From Eledone cirrhosa (Eukaryota): a stretch of DNA of 64,000 bases. The stretch spans positions 68,448,001-68,512,000 of the forward strand of contig OZ024742.1 of assembly GCA_964016885.1 (NCBI GenBank), written 5' to 3'. Under the pieces are notes generated by a model. That model was not told the DNA's origin and did no database searches. It saw nothing but the letters and a program-made list of their open reading frames with translations. Positions 1-15,837 of the stretch are shown here, piece after piece. Position 1 is the stretch's first letter; each line of letters begins with the position of its first letter. The position numbers were made by a program, and so were the translations under genes.

Positions 1-1660
1 ATACCCTTGAGACTATGATAGGAAAACTTCAAGATAAGAAAGCACCAGAAAGGAGCTTGATTGTCGGCTACTGGTATAAAGAACTAACTTTTTATCGGTT
101 GAATCTTATCAGCCTCTGCTAGCATGATCTCATGATCTCAAGGGAGATACACATATGCCAAGCTGGTTGACATTAGCAGAAACAATATTGTTCCCTCAAA
201 ACAAAGAAACCCACTTGGCAACAACTATCGACCAACTGCATGCCAGAACCTAATGTGTCAAATGTATATAGCCTGTCTGAACCTATTCCTTCAAAAACAC
301 TGTGAAAATAACAATATCATCACAGAGGAGCAAGCAGCTGGGAAGAAAGGAGTTTGGAGGTGTGGTGAGCAACTCATAATTAACAAACCCGTGATGTCAG
401 AGATGCGGTGGCTTGGGGGAAATTAGTTACAGTCTGCTCGGACTACAAGAAAGCATTCAATTATGTTCCCCACTCTTGGATGCTAAAGATTCTTCGACTC
501 GCTAAAGTCCCTGATACCATATTCAAAGCCATAGAGAACCTATCTTCTTCATTAAGTGAAGTGCAATACAAAGAGGGCGGACTATTGTCACTGATAAAAT
601 AGGGTATGGTATGAGTATATTTCAGGGAAACAGTTTCTCTATGATGCTATTTATACTGTTAGTAAACTCCTTGTCCTTTATGCTAAGGGAATATGAAAGA
701 TGCATAATTGGTTCACACGTGGTCTGAAATACGGACCTAACACATAGCTTCATTGTAGGTGAGCTGAAACTTTATGCAAAGAATATAAATGGTGTGAAGA
801 AACATATAGGAATGTAGTTTGGCCAGGATAAATTTTCCCACGTGATTTTAAAACTACAAGCCAATCCAGAAATACCTCTATCAATGGCTTTATCTGATGA
901 AGACTGATACAGATACTTAGGGATAGTTGAAAATATATCCTGTGATGGAATTTGTAAGAAGGAACGAGTAAACATGGAATATATCATCTGAAAATTATGG
1001 TCTTCCGAACTCTCTGCGCACAATAAATCAATGGCTCTCAATGTATTTAGTTAGCATGTGCTGACACGAACATTTAGATTACTTGACTGAACGCTAGATC
1101 AGATCCGACTACGCGGAATAAGCATTGAAGATGTCATCTACATCATACGGAGATGTCCAAAGATATCATTACCATATTATCTACCTATGATGTATGATAT
1201 AGCGGACAAATTCCGGTGCAATGCAATCCACAGAAAGAATGGCCCTGAACATAAAAATATCAAAAGTTATAGTAATGCAGAGGGCATATACATAATATGA
1301 AAGAGTATGGGTGGAATGTTCCAGTTAAAATCGCAATAAAATGCAAACATAACAAACCAGATATAGTAATATGCGACGGAGAAAAGAAGGTATGCATTGT
1401 AGTGGAAATCAGCTGCCCAGCAGATATTAATATAATGCTAAAGTAATGCTAAACTGCTGAACAAATGAGGAATCTGCAGATACTCCACGCTGATTATAAC
1501 TTTAGATATGTCTCTCTTATAAATGGGGCTCCTAGATATGTTACTAACTGCCTCAATACAAATCTTGAGAAACCGGGCTTCACAGAATCAGAAAAAGGAC
1601 GGCTAGTTAGGAAGTTGCAAGTAAAGTCCACTGTAAAAATATGTAAAAAAAATGTAGATA
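1..1660 (+). mobile_element. Degenerate R4/Dong-type non-LTR retrotransposon, 3' part (RT + restriction-like endonuclease)
   Basis: Broken frames give NYRPTACQNL, EEQAAGKKGVWRCGEQLIINK, DYKKAFNYVPHSW, IFQGNSFS, GELKLYAK and YRYLGI. The C-terminal RLE motif reads WNVPVK..KHNKPDIVI..VVEISCPAD. Multiple stops and frameshifts. Confidence 0.85.
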
Positions 1661-1765
1661 TTCAGTATGAAATAACTGCTTATACACACATAGATACAGA
1701 AGCATGCACTTGTATACATATACACAAAACATACAGATCCGCTCATACAATAACATGCATCTCTA

Positions 1766-1892
<127 letters not shown>

Positions 1893-2014
1893 GTATTTAT
1901 TTACCTAGTTGATATTGTCTAAATTCTAATGAAAGAGTCTTGTTTCTCTCTATTGGTAAATATTTATAAAATAATAAAACTAGAAGAGAATACATACATA
2001 CATACATACATACA

Positions 2015-2047
<33 letters not shown>

Positions 2048-2928
2048 GCATTTCCGAGTCGAAAATGTTGAACACGATTTATTGAAGCTCTATCTCTATC
2101 GGAAGTTTAATCATGTCACCCGAAATGATATACCTCTTCATCTTTACAAATAGTTGGTTCTAACTAGCAATCATAAGTATTATGCTGTACTTATAAGCAA
2201 TAGAGTAAATTCCACTACATTCTAGTGTAGTGTTTCTCAGGCTAGATTCCTACAAATAAAATATTTGTATATGGCCATATAACAATTTTTGTATTATTAT
2301 TAAATGCTTTGTTAACATTGGGTTGGTGGCGAATACCAGTAAAATGTATGTTTAGGTTCCTGAATTTTTAGAAAAGTATCTAAGGTTTCCATAATTGAAA
2401 AGAAATTGTAAGGGCTCGGTGACAAAATTAGGAATTACTGTAGATAAATGATTCCCGGATTTGGGTTCAGAAATCTTAAACACTAAAATAAATATTGTTA
2501 AAAGATGTCTATTCCTCGATCTGCTTCTTTTCAATCCTTCCAATGTTGTCATAGAAAGAAATATCTTATTCACTCAAAATAATTGCTAACTGGTATATCA
2601 GACACTTTGCTGAAGCTAGAGTGTTTTCTCCAATGTTTTTGTTCTCTATATAATATTCTGTTTATAGCTGTTTCATCTAATTGTCTAGTGTCGTATCATG
2701 GTTAGAAATAACTCAGTGTCACACATAGAACATAACTAATGTAATGCATTATATTCTTCTTAGAAACGTCGACGCGACTAGTGGCAGGTGTCTGTTTTCA
2801 ATTAAAAAGGTGACAATTACAGAATAGATATAGGACTTGAGCTCTGCGTGAAGACATATCCCTTCGTCACCCACACACAAATGCACACATATATATGTAT
2901 ATACATAGATACACTCATATATGATATA

Positions 2929-3730
<802 letters not shown>

Positions 3731-3836
3731 ATATATATATATATATATATCGGAAAATGTTTGACCCCGACGGCAGAGCACAAGCCGTTTCGACGGCTAT
3801 TTCTGGTCCATCTGGTTCCTTACCACTCTTCCTTCG

Positions 3837-3891
<55 letters not shown>

Positions 3892-4116
3892 AATGGAAGT
3901 ACAGCATATACGAAGCCCGAGCCGCAGCTAAGCCGACGAATGCATTCAGCAGTGCAGCCAAGCACTCGACAAGGTATAAAACCTCAGAGTAATAGCATAC
4001 AGTTTAAAGGGCTTTGCAAATTGAAGATAGCGACCGGTAATTCAGTCGCGGGGTCCGTAGCAACGAAAGAACTGGCTCCAGAGAAAAAATACAGACATAT
4101 ATACATATATATATTC

Positions 4117-4372
4117 TAGGGTGGGTGAAATTCCCGAGATCCATGGAGGAGTTCTCTCCAGCGGTCTCTGTCCCTCATTATCGCTACCATGTCCTGCGTC
4201 TCCAACAGACCAGTGTCTGTCCTTAGGGCATCGACATACATTAACCTTGGTCTTCCTCTTCCAGTGTATCCATGTAGGGGCTCCCACAGGAGCACTGAGT
4301 GCAATGTCAACTCTGGATGTCGGTGAGCATGTCCAGCTAAACTCAGTCTCCTCTGTGTCACTTTTGAGCTGA
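4117..4372 (-). mobile_element. RTE-group LINE 3' fragment
   Basis: RRLSLAGHAHRHPE..LLWEP..GRGRPRLMYVDAL..MRDRDRWR is a typical RTE C-terminus. Confidence 0.85.
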
Positions 4373-4381
4373 CTATATATA

Positions 4382-4439
4382 TAATATTGAGTACTCTGGT
4401 GCGTTATGGTCTATCTGGTTCCTTACCACACCTCCTTCG

Positions 4440-4470
<31 letters not shown>

Positions 4471-4650
4471 GGTGGGTGTATATATATATATATATAACGA
4501 AGGAGGTGTGGTAAAGAACCAGATGGCCCATAACGTACCAGAGTACTCAATACTTAGGGTAGTAGAGTGGGTAATAGGAAAAAGTTTGATCCCGACGGCA
4601 GAGCTCAGGCCGTTTCGACGGCTATTTTTGGACTAAGTCCAAATATAAAT
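4382..4650. mobile_element. Short TA-inserted repeat family with the 3' half of an HHR; other copies at about 3752-3838, 8493-8676 and 19597-19895
   Basis: Shared sequence acgaaggaaatgtggtaaggaaccaggtggaccataacgcaccaaagtactcaatac...gacggctgagctcaagccgtttcgacggcta. Three of the four copies have inverted partial duplicates. Confidence 0.8.
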
Positions 4651-4651
4651 G

Positions 4652-5110
<459 letters not shown>

Positions 5111-5518
5111 TTATATATATATATATATATAAACAAAGGTAGAAGCAATAAAATATCAAAATGTAGCATTGTTATTTAAGGTTCCTTATTTTGGTACACT
5201 TTTTCGGTGCCAAGATTGTCGCAGACCTGATTACTATTCATAACATTGCAGTAATTTATTGGTCTCGTATAGAGAGAATGGAGTGGGACATGGCATTTCT
5301 CTGTCTATGGTTTTATTTGTTTTCAGTTATGTTTATATTTTTAGGTTATGTTTATTTTTTGTCTCTAACTATATGGATTATTTTTATCAATGGTTTGGCA
5401 CTGGTTCACTTTGCAAACCATTAACCCAGAGCTCTGTTCAAATGTGTGCATATATATGTGTGTGTGTTTATGTATGTATATATGTGTGTGTGTGTGTATG
5501 TGTATGTGAACGTATGTG

Positions 5519-5572
<54 letters not shown>

Positions 5573-5776
5573 GTGTGTGTGCGTATATGTGTGAACGTTT
5601 GTGTATATATATATATATATATGCATGTGTGTGTGTGTGCCTATATATGTGTAAACGTATGTGTGTCTATATATATATATAAATATATATATAATAATGT
5701 GTGTGTGTGAGAACGTATGTGTGTATGTTTGTGTGTATGTATACATGTACGTTTAAACATTCATATAGAACCTCAC

Positions 5777-5871
<95 letters not shown>

Positions 5872-6281
5872 CGCGCGCGCAGTGTGTGGGGGGGGGGTCT
5901 TTCTGTGTGTGTGCGTGTGTTGTGTATGATGAAAACCTCATGAATAAGAGAGAAGAAAATGGTGTTATTCTGTGGACCGAAAAACCCGAACATTCTCTGA
6001 TACTTCGGGACACTGCTGGACTGAGCGACACTGTAGAAAAGTGCTGAGGAAATTACATGTCAACTAATGAAAACAATGTCCTGCTTTCTATAGCTGAATG
6101 TATGTATATATATATATAATTATGTCTCATATAAAATAATACAACTGGCTATCCGCAAAATACGTATAGTTAGAACCCCAAACGTATAATTGGGATTATA
6201 CTAAGGTATATCCTAATGTTTGTTGAGTGAGACGGAAGCCGGTCGGAGTATTGCTTAAAGCTTTCTCTGTTTATGTATTAA

Positions 6282-6388
<107 letters not shown>

Positions 6389-6947
6389 GAGAGAGAGGGG
6401 GGGGGAAAGAGTCTGCAGTGCTGAGACCGAGGAGATCACTAATCATAAGAGTAATCAAAGCATGGGGGAGCTACAGAGTGGGTATAGAGATACGTAAAAT
6501 CACCGCAGTCGTAATTTTACATATCCCCCCCATCGCCGCCAGCTATATATAGATATATAGATATATAGATATATAGATATAGTCAATATTAGCATTATAC
6601 ATATATATATATTGTCAGCACGTATACGCGAAAAAACAAATACAAACAAAATTTAATTTAAACTAACTTTTACATAATGCACTTTCCCCAGAGGAATGAA
6701 AAAAGTAGATTAAATCAAAACAGAATTTACGGAATTCAGTTCCCAGCTTACAAAGAATAAATAGCATCGGTTAGTCTATCTATTGACATACTGAATGTTT
6801 ACATATCAAATGAGAAACAAGAAATAACGGTTATTAATTACATCACTGTAAGAACATTAACTATCCCTAGCTAACCGTAAACAACAACAGTTAGATCACT
6901 AACACCAATCTCCTTATCATCCGTATCATCACCATCACCATCATCAT

Positions 6948-6983
<36 letters not shown>

Positions 6984-7818
6984 AATCATCGTCATCATCA
7001 TCACCACCACCACCACTATCGTTGTATTTAGTAGGTCGAGTCATGAAGAAGTGACGCACTCGTTAGCTGGAAAAGTCCATGTTTCTAAAGATAAGATCCA
7101 CACTAGTCCTCTTGTGAATAATTGTCAATCTATCATATCAACTCGGCCATTTTTTTTATCATCCCTATCATAATCTACATTAATAAAAAAAGATGATAAA
7201 TTTACACAAGTAATAACACTATAAAGATTTTTTTTTTATTTAAGAATGAGCGATATCTTAAATAAAATATTCCCCTTGTAATATGCTGAATCATGGAATG
7301 GGGGGGGGTGATTGATATATGACAGAATTGTAGATAGAAAGAAGGAAAAAAGAATCTTCCAATCTCTGTTCAGCGGCCATGTTGATTTTTATCATTGTTA
7401 TGATTGGTGAAATTCATACACAAAAGAAGTCCAAGGGGGAGAACAAGTTATCTTAAATAGTAAATGTATTAATCAACTGCCAACATCATCATCATCATCA
7501 TCATCAACATCGTCATCGGTATCACCAATATCATAATAATATTAATAATCATTAATATAATTAAAAAGTTTAGTGTCAGCATCAAAAGCATTGTTAAATA
7601 ATCCTAATCATAATTCTAAGATTAGTAATAATTAGTAATAATTACTATTACCAATATTCTGATCATTATCATTATCATAAATATCATCACTACAATCAAC
7701 GTCATAATCATAATTCTCTTTATTATTCCCATTGGAAAAATCGAAGATGAGTAACTCGGAGATGAGATAGTCATTTCAGATGGAGCCGCTACTTCTCTGA
7801 ATTGAGTGATCACAGCTT

Positions 7819-7982
7819 CAAGAAGAAGAAGAAGAAGAAGAAGAAGAAGAAGAAGAAGAAGAAGAAGAAGAAGAAGAAGAAGAAGAAGAAGAAGAAGAAG
7901 AAGAAGAAGAAGAAGAAGAAGAAGAAGAAGAAGAAGAAGAAGAAGAAGAAGAAGATCATCATCATCATCATCATCATCATCA
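7819..7982. repeat. (AAG)n followed by (CAT)n; a second (AAG)n at about 26585-26700
   Basis: Directly visible. Confidence 0.98.
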
Positions 7983-8449
7983 TTGTAGCCATTTGAAACA
8001 CACATCTACCCGCCTGATATTTGTTGTAGTATTTTATAAAATATATATCAGAAGCTTTCGCCATATAACTACGACGTAATTACTAGATATTTCTCCTGCA
8101 ACGTTTTCACATCTTTTACTATATAATACCATTGCAAAGTGAAATAAAATTACTATAACGGCATTTGTGTCATTTAAATGGCTATCATGAAAGCCACACA
8201 TATATATATTAACTTAAAGTAATGAAGAAGTAGTCAATTTAAAGTATAATATAAAAATATATTTACTAAATCTACTGAATGTTCTTTCTTTAATCGTACT
8301 ATTGCTGGCTAACATAATACACTACATAAATTGTCAGCACTTTCAAAGTGTTGCTAAGTAACGGGTTATAAAAAGACGCAACCTCAGCACAGACACACAA
8401 GCACACATACATATAATATAATATATATATACATACAATATATATACAT

Positions 8450-8494
<45 letters not shown>

Positions 8495-8672
8495 CGAAGG
8501 AAATGTGGTAAGGAACCAGGTGAACCATAACGCACCAAAGTACTCAATACTTGAGGTAGTAGAGTGGGTAATAGGAACCAGTAAGACCCCGACAGCTGAG
8601 CTCAAGCCGTTGGGGTCTTACTGAATTAGCCGTCGAAACGGCTTGAGCTCAGCTGTCGGGGTCTTACTGGTT

Positions 8673-8812
<140 letters not shown>

Positions 8813-9018
8813 AATATAAATTAGCGAGAATCGTTTTCAGCTCAGGAATTAACGAAAATCAACGTCCGATATGTGTGGCAAGCGCTCGATGAATCATATG
8901 AATCAGAGCTACAACATACGTTAAGGGCCAAACAGACTGAGATGATGGTTAAACATATCATCCGCACAGCCAAAACAAAACGACCAAGTAATTCGGGTCA
9001 AACAATAAAAATATGTGT

Positions 9019-9068
<50 letters not shown>

Positions 9069-9475
9069 TATATCATGATATACAAGCATACTTACTTACA
9101 TAGATACAGAGTGGCTGTTGCCGTGAGGTTTGAGGAACCAGATGACCAGATACATAAATGCATCTATACATATGCATACGTGCACTGCATATATACATAC
9201 ATACATACAAACATACACACAAGCATACTTACATACATACATACACACACGCATACATACATACACACACACACATACATACATGCATACATACATACAT
9301 ACATACACACACACATACATACATACACACACATACGTACATACATGCATGCATACATACATACATACATACATACATACATACATACATACATACATAC
9401 ATACATACACACACACATACATACACACACATACGTACATACATACATGCATACATACATACATACATACATACA

Positions 9476-10620
9476 TGGTGGCTGCCAACTCGTTTTCGAG
9501 TACGGCCACTACTTTATATCCATGTAGGAGAACCCCTACCGATGCGCTGAACGAATGTGACTTTTTAGTCCAGCCAGCGACTTGAAAACTCTGGTACAAA
9601 GGCTACACTTGTGACCATTATTGACACATAGTGCAGGGCCCATGGTACCATGTGATGACAAGTGCAGAGAGATCTCCAGATATAAAGCAATGCCTGTGCT
9701 GTGAAGCTTTTATAGTGAGCAAAGGCACTGCACAAAGCCAGTCCCACTCTCTTAACCAAGATGATATTTACCAAAAAGAAGAACAAGTCAACATCATTGG
9801 ATACCATCAGGGTTGCAGGTGTTATATCAGAGTTTTCCTTCTCCTAGAATTCTGCCTTGACAAAGGCTAAGGGGTCATCTCTCCCGGTGATTTTGGATGG
9901 CTATTGACTCTTAAGAGCTCCCTTGCCCTTTGACAGGTTTTGTTTTTAGTCCTGCAGGATGTCCAAAGTCACCCTCCTCACCAAGAAACCTTGGTGGGGT
10001 TGCCAGTTTAGTCGCCAACGACCCGACCATGAGACAGGTTGTACTGGGATACATGTTACCAGTAGCACCATACATACATACATACATACATACATACATA
10101 CATACATACATACATACATACATACATACATACATACATGATGATGATGGCTGCCCCCTCGTTATCGAGTATGGCCATTGCACGAGAAAAAAAAAATATA
10201 TATATATACATTCATGGTGGCTGCCAACTGGTTTTCGAGTATGGCCACTACTTTATATCCATGTAGGAGAATCCCTACCGATGCGCTGAACGAGTGACTT
10301 TTTAGTCCAGCCAGCTACTTGAAAACTCTGGTACAAACACTACACTTGTGACAATTATTGACACATAGTGCTGAGCCCATGGTACCATGTGACGACAAGT
10401 GCAGAGAGATTTACAGATATAAAGCAATGCCTGTGCCGTGAAGCTTTTATAGTGAGCAAAGGCACTGCACAAAGCCAGTCCCACTCTCTTAACCAAGATG
10501 ATATTTACCAAAAAGAAGAACAAGTCAACATCATTGGATACCATCAGAGTTGCAGGTGTTATATCAGAGTTTTCCTTCTCCTAGAATTCTGCCTTGACAA
10601 AGGCTAAGGGGTCATCTCTC
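9476..10620 (-). mobile_element. Two copies plus a fragment of a ~600-bp non-autonomous bipartite RTE (BovB-like) element with (ATGT)n tails
   Basis: Reverse complement of the 35300-37810 family. Contains an RTE 5'UTR-like ctaggagaaggaaaactctga, a C2H2 finger remnant, and the 3' hairpin ctcg-aaaa-cgag before the tail. Confidence 0.75.
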
Positions 10621-11078
10621 CTACATACATCTCATCTACATACATACATACATACATACATACATACATACATACATACATACATACATACATACATACA
10701 TACATACATACATACATGTCTCCTTATAGTTTATAAAAATATATGAACCTGTTCCTATTTTAGAATGCTAATTAAGTTTCAGTTTGAGATATTTCGATAC
10801 ATCAATACTCAGAATTTTGAAAAGTTATATTTTATATTTTCCTGGAGTTTTTTTTGTTTTTTTTTTCAAAACTCTTCACACATTGAAATGGTTTCTGTTA
10901 TCGTGAGAAATTTTATTTCATTATTATTTTTATCATACCCATTAGATTTAATTTGATTTAAAATCCTTTTTGTCAAATTTTGTAATAAGTTCTTTTTCCG
11001 AAATTTACAACTCAGACTACTTGTAACAAAATACGAGATTATTTTCCGTTCATTTCTTTACCTTCTAATTTGTATTGC

Positions 11079-11109
<31 letters not shown>

Positions 11110-11111
11110 CA

Positions 11112-11469
11112 CAGTGTACCACCGGTATTCGCGGTCCCAGTTATTCGCTGAATTTTCCTTAGAAGCTAACTAATAATTGTTTGTGGAAACCACTGCATAT
11201 TCGCGGAATCGTAAATATCTTCCGCTATTTTTGATGGCTTTTTTCGTGGCAATAAGTATTTTTGACGCTAAATTATTAATAACAATATACCGTATTTGCT
11301 GGCCTATTGAACGCTCCTTCATATAATACGCTCCCTCTTTTTTTATTATATTTTAGATTATATTTTGACATTTATAGGCATTATTATGGACCACGTCCAA
11401 TATTCGCGGTTTTTCACTCTTCGCAGGTGTTCTAGTAACGTAACCCCCGCGAATACTGGGAGACAACTG
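11112..11469. mobile_element. Tigger/pogo-like (Tc1-mariner) MITE
   Basis: Imperfect TIRs CAGTGTACCACCGGTATTCGCGG ... CCGCGAATACTGGGAGACAACTG, with internal tattcgcgg repeats. Confidence 0.7.
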
Positions 11470-11559
11470 TGTATATATATATATATATCGACGACGAGTG
11501 TTCAGGTATTCAACCAGCAGAATAACCTCCTTATGAAGTTAATATACAAATCGCTCATT

Positions 11560-11745
11560 TAGCGAGATACTGTGTGCGACAAGACTGGCCCTTTGAACTA
11601 TAAGTACAACTCTCATTTTGCCAGTTGATTTGGCTGGGACATGAAATCAAATGTCTTATTCAAGATTCAAGGACACAACACTCAGCCGGAGAACGAAACC
11701 AGGTTCTTATCGTGAATACGAAACGCTAACTAGCACACCACACAA
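11560..11745 (-). mobile_element. tRNA-derived SINE, decayed
   Basis: Body motif gacaagactggccctttgaa is shared with the copies at 12835-13160 and 31122-31400. tRNA-like head on the minus strand. Confidence 0.6.
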
Positions 11746-12097
11746 ATTTAATCTAGATTGTGTAAGAATTGAATTATATTTGCCGGTTTGCGTTCTCTCT
11801 TATTGAAAAATTCAGTATTCTTGGATTTGCCAGTGTGCTTTTGTTTTTGGTTTTGTTTTTTTTTTGTTTTTTTCTGAAATTACACTTTACACCGTGCAAC
11901 ATTAGGTTAGATATTCATGATTATAATACATCTCATTTTTTTATGATGATTGTGTGTGCAATTATCATTGTGTATTGAAACTTGTGTTTGCAATTATCAT
12001 TGTGTATCAATCTTCGTAACCTCTTAGTATGGAATCTGATCGAAATATTTGTTTGAAATGTTTTTCCAAGGAATTTAAATGTTAAACTCTGTATATA

Positions 12098-12216
<119 letters not shown>

Positions 12217-12834
12217 ATACATACGTGTATGTGTCCGTGTTTATGTTTATGTTTGTGTCTGTGTTTATGCCACGTACGTAACATAGCGGTTCAACAAAGA
12301 GATCAATAAAACAATTAAATAGTAGACTTTAAAAAATAAGCACTGAAGTCGATTTGGTCGACCAAATCAAGTCAGTATTCCAGCATGACCACAGTCTAAT
12401 GACTGAAACAAGTAAAATAATATAAGAATAAAAGAAGTGCTCACCTTTCCCCCTTTTGGGTGTTTCGGTATTTATAGAATACTAGGATTTTTTCAACACG
12501 CTCAAGCGTATGTGTATATGTGTGTGAGTGTGTGTATGTACATATGCATACATTTATATGTGTATAAACGCGCAGCCACAGACACACTTACAAAAAGACA
12601 CACTCACAGGCTTACATTCACACATACACTCACACACAGCGTAGCAAACGAAAAACGAGCCGCTGTTTTGCTATAGATTTCTCACGAGCCCCTTCCTTCT
12701 TTTTACATACACGCACACACACACATTGTGCGACGGACGGACGGAAGTCGCTCAAATCTATATATAGATGAATGTACGTATATCGCTGCATTAACAGATA
12801 TACATGCGCGGGATGGAAATGGAATAGATTTCCG

Positions 12835-13160
12835 TCGGTTTCGACTATGAGCGTTCCACTTTTTCGATCAACGGTACAGCCTGCTTGTGAAATTAACAAG
12901 TGACAGATACATATACCCTTAACATAATTCTCAGTGAAGTTCAGCGTGACATCGTGTGTGACAAGGCTGGCTTTTTTAATCACAGGTACAATCTCTCCGA
13001 CGGGCTTCCAAACATATTCCCTATACTCAATTTCATCCACAAGGCATAGGTCGGCCAGAGATTATAGTAAATTACACTTGCCCAAGATGCCACACAGTGG
13101 GATTGAACCCGTCACCTAATGATTTTGAACTGAACTTCTTGGCTATTCCGTTATGCTGCG
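12835..13160 (-). mobile_element. tRNA-derived SINE
   Basis: B-box gggttcaatccc on the minus strand. Body tacccttaacataattctcagtgaagttcagcgtgaca matches the copy at 31122. Confidence 0.7.
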
Positions 13161-13734
13161 TCCACATATACATACATATACACACACACATACAGAGTCA
13201 GACAACACAAATACCACAAAATTACAAACATATACACATATATATACGTATACTTTGAAAGGGTGATGTAAACAAATATATTTTATCTACTATTTCAGTA
13301 GTTATTAAATTCCTAATGCTCCAACCTCATCGATATATAATCGATTTGGGGCTAATTTCGTCGATTACATCAATATAAATATAGACCAGATACATAAGTA
13401 TCTATATGAAAGTGCATTTCTCTATACAAACCATATTATGTGTAATTTAGTGTCTGTGTATGAGTTTGTATATGTGTCCATCCTTATATGTGTGTGTTCA
13501 TATATAAATAGTCATATATATATATATATACACGTATACACGCACACACACAAACACACACAAATACACACACACACATACATATATATACATAAATATA
13601 ATATGCAGAAAAGATAAAACACGACAATTCTATAATAGCCAACATACCTATCTATGTGCACACACATACTCATATATATATATATACATACATACTCATA
13701 TATATATATATATATATACATACATAGTCATATA

Positions 13735-13765
<31 letters not shown>

Positions 13766-13867
13766 TCCGCAACAACATTATCGTATGAGATGATGTTCGG
13801 AGATGAACTAGTTCAAAGTTCAAAATTAATATAGAACATTCCAGATTTTATGACTCTTAACAAAATG

Positions 13868-13955
13868 TTAGTAGTAGTAGTAGTAGTAGTAGTAGCAGTA
13901 GCAGTAGCAGTAGCAGCAGCAGCAGCACAGCAACAGCAACAGCAACAGCAGCAGC

Positions 13956-14022
<67 letters not shown>

Positions 14023-14044
14023 CCACCACAGCAGCAGCAGAGGC

Positions 14045-14079
<35 letters not shown>

Positions 14080-14098
14080 CAGCAGCAGAAGCAGCAAC
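13868..14098. repeat. Compound (TAG)n/(CAG)n/(CAA) triplet repeat
   Basis: Directly visible. Confidence 0.97.
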
Positions 14099-14783
14099 TG
14101 CGGTCACAAAAGTAATAAATATGAAACTATAAATATAAATATCTCTTCTTTTTCATATATTCAATGTTGTTGTTATAGTTGTTTTATTGTTTGTTTTGTT
14201 GTGGTTATTTTTGTTGTTGATTTACTCCAGTTCTATCTTGATTTACCTAAACTGCGATCGGAGGCACTCCAACCATAATCGTATCATCTTTATATTATAT
14301 AAGTATATATATATATGTGTGTGTGGGTGGGTGTATTTTGATGTGGGTGTGTGTGTGTATAGAAGTGTTAGTTCCACAACAGTCAATAAACCATTTTTGA
14401 GGACATGTGTCTCACCTTGCGGATCTTCAACTATATATTCATATATATTCAGTGTCTCCCAAAAAAATGTGTACACACTTCAACAGCATTCAAATCAGAG
14501 TCTGTATACATTTGGGGTACACCCTGCATATATATATATGTGTGTGTGTAAAAGGTAAACAGATCGGTGCAGTATATGGAAGGTATATATTAGGTTAACG
14601 CTTGATATAGCATATATATATATATATATATATATCACATATATATATCACATATATATATATATGCACACGGCACTGGACAGAATTGCTTCTAAATCAT
14701 CCACTCTCATCTCGGGAACAATTTTGAATAGCGCCAGTTCGTAATTTGAACTCGGGAATTTTATATTCTCCGAGTGAAAAGAT

Positions 14784-14867
14784 CCTTCTGACGAGAGTCT
14801 TTCTTTTCTATGGATGTCCGTAAGGACTATCCATTTATTTTTGAGACTCGAAACCGTACGGTAAAGG
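14784..14867 (+). ncRNA. Canonical type I hammerhead ribozyme in a ~270-bp TA-flanked insert
   Basis: CCUU-CUGACGA-GAGUCU..(AUGGAU-GUCC-GUAA-GGAC-UAUCCAU)..AGACUC-GAA-ACCGUACGGU-A-AAGG. Stem III is palindromic and the cleavage triplet is GUA. Confidence 0.9.
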
Positions 14868-14931
14868 TAACTATAGCAGGTACAGTGAATTATTTTTAAT
14901 TTATTTTAAAACTTTTTCTTATTTAACCTTG

Positions 14932-14980
<49 letters not shown>

Positions 14981-14983
<3 letters not shown>

Positions 14984-15757
14984 AAAGAAAGAAGAAACAT
15001 TAGATACGTAGTCGAGGATAATGTAGGAATTTAGGTATATTATATCTTTTTATTTATATCTAATGTTTCTTCTTTCTTTATAATGTATTATATAGCTCTG
15101 ATATTGAATCAATCTAATCCATTCAGATTATTTTTGTCCCTATTATTCATAGAGCAACAACGGTTAAGGTTAGCACCACGCAAATTCAGGGATATATGTG
15201 GGTATATGCATGTATATGTATGTATTCGCATGTGTCTGTGTATTTCTTTGTATTGTTTATAACGCCCTATGGTAGAGTAACCACTGAAGTATAGTGACTG
15301 CTGTTAAGCTTACAATAATCACACTTCTCGCCCTCCTAGCCAACTCTTCTACGGCCTTGACATAAATATCCCCTCCGCCTTTCGGGATTCTATCTCGCGT
15401 CCTACGGACGTGTTTTGAAACTATAAATGAGGTATCCTCTTGATAAGTCGGCAAACCTCACAAAAATACTGTATCGCTATGATGTAATGTTTTTGCATAA
15501 TAGCCACGAAACTACGTAGTCGAGGATAATGGAGGAATTTAGGTATATTATATCTTTTTATTTATATCTAATGTTTCTTCTTTCTTTATAATGTATTATA
15601 TAGCTCTGATATTGAATCAATCTAACCCATTCAGATTATTTTGTCCCTATTATTCATAGAGCAACAGCGGTTAAGGTTGGCACCACACAAATTCAGGGAT
15701 ATATGTGGGTATATGCATGTATATGTATGTATTCGCATGTGTCTGTGTATTTCTTTG

Positions 15758-15760
<3 letters not shown>
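14981..15760 (+). mobile_element. Retrozyme-like element, ~508-bp unit present about 1.5 times, with a short 5' inversion
   Basis: About 15005-15252 is repeated at about 15513-15760. 14981-15006 is an inverted copy of an internal segment. (TA)n on both sides, HHR inside, no ORF. Confidence 0.75.
15433..15528 (+). ncRNA. Type I hammerhead ribozyme, U3-A8 core (UUGAUAA)
   Basis: UAUCCUC-UUGAUAA-GUCGGC..long insert..GCCAC-GAA-ACUACGUAGU-C-GAGGAUA. Perfect 7-bp stem I and 10-nt palindromic stem III. Confidence 0.85.
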
Positions 15761-15788
<28 letters not shown>

Positions 15789-15837
15789 ATATTAAAAAAA
15801 ACAAAAATCAGTGATGCATCTTGACTCAGTTTATTGC

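Noticed and set aside
6037-6088. CTGAGGA-a-ATTA..TAAT-GAAA-ACAATGTC hammerhead-like motif
   Set aside because: There is an extra A in the core and stem I does not pair. At best it is a decayed copy.
8841-8987. Possible 147-nt host exon (ttttcag ... gtaatt, open frame [12 protein letters not shown]...)
   Set aside because: Weak polypyrimidine tract, no recognisable protein similarity, and sandwiched between TA tracts like the other repeat inserts.
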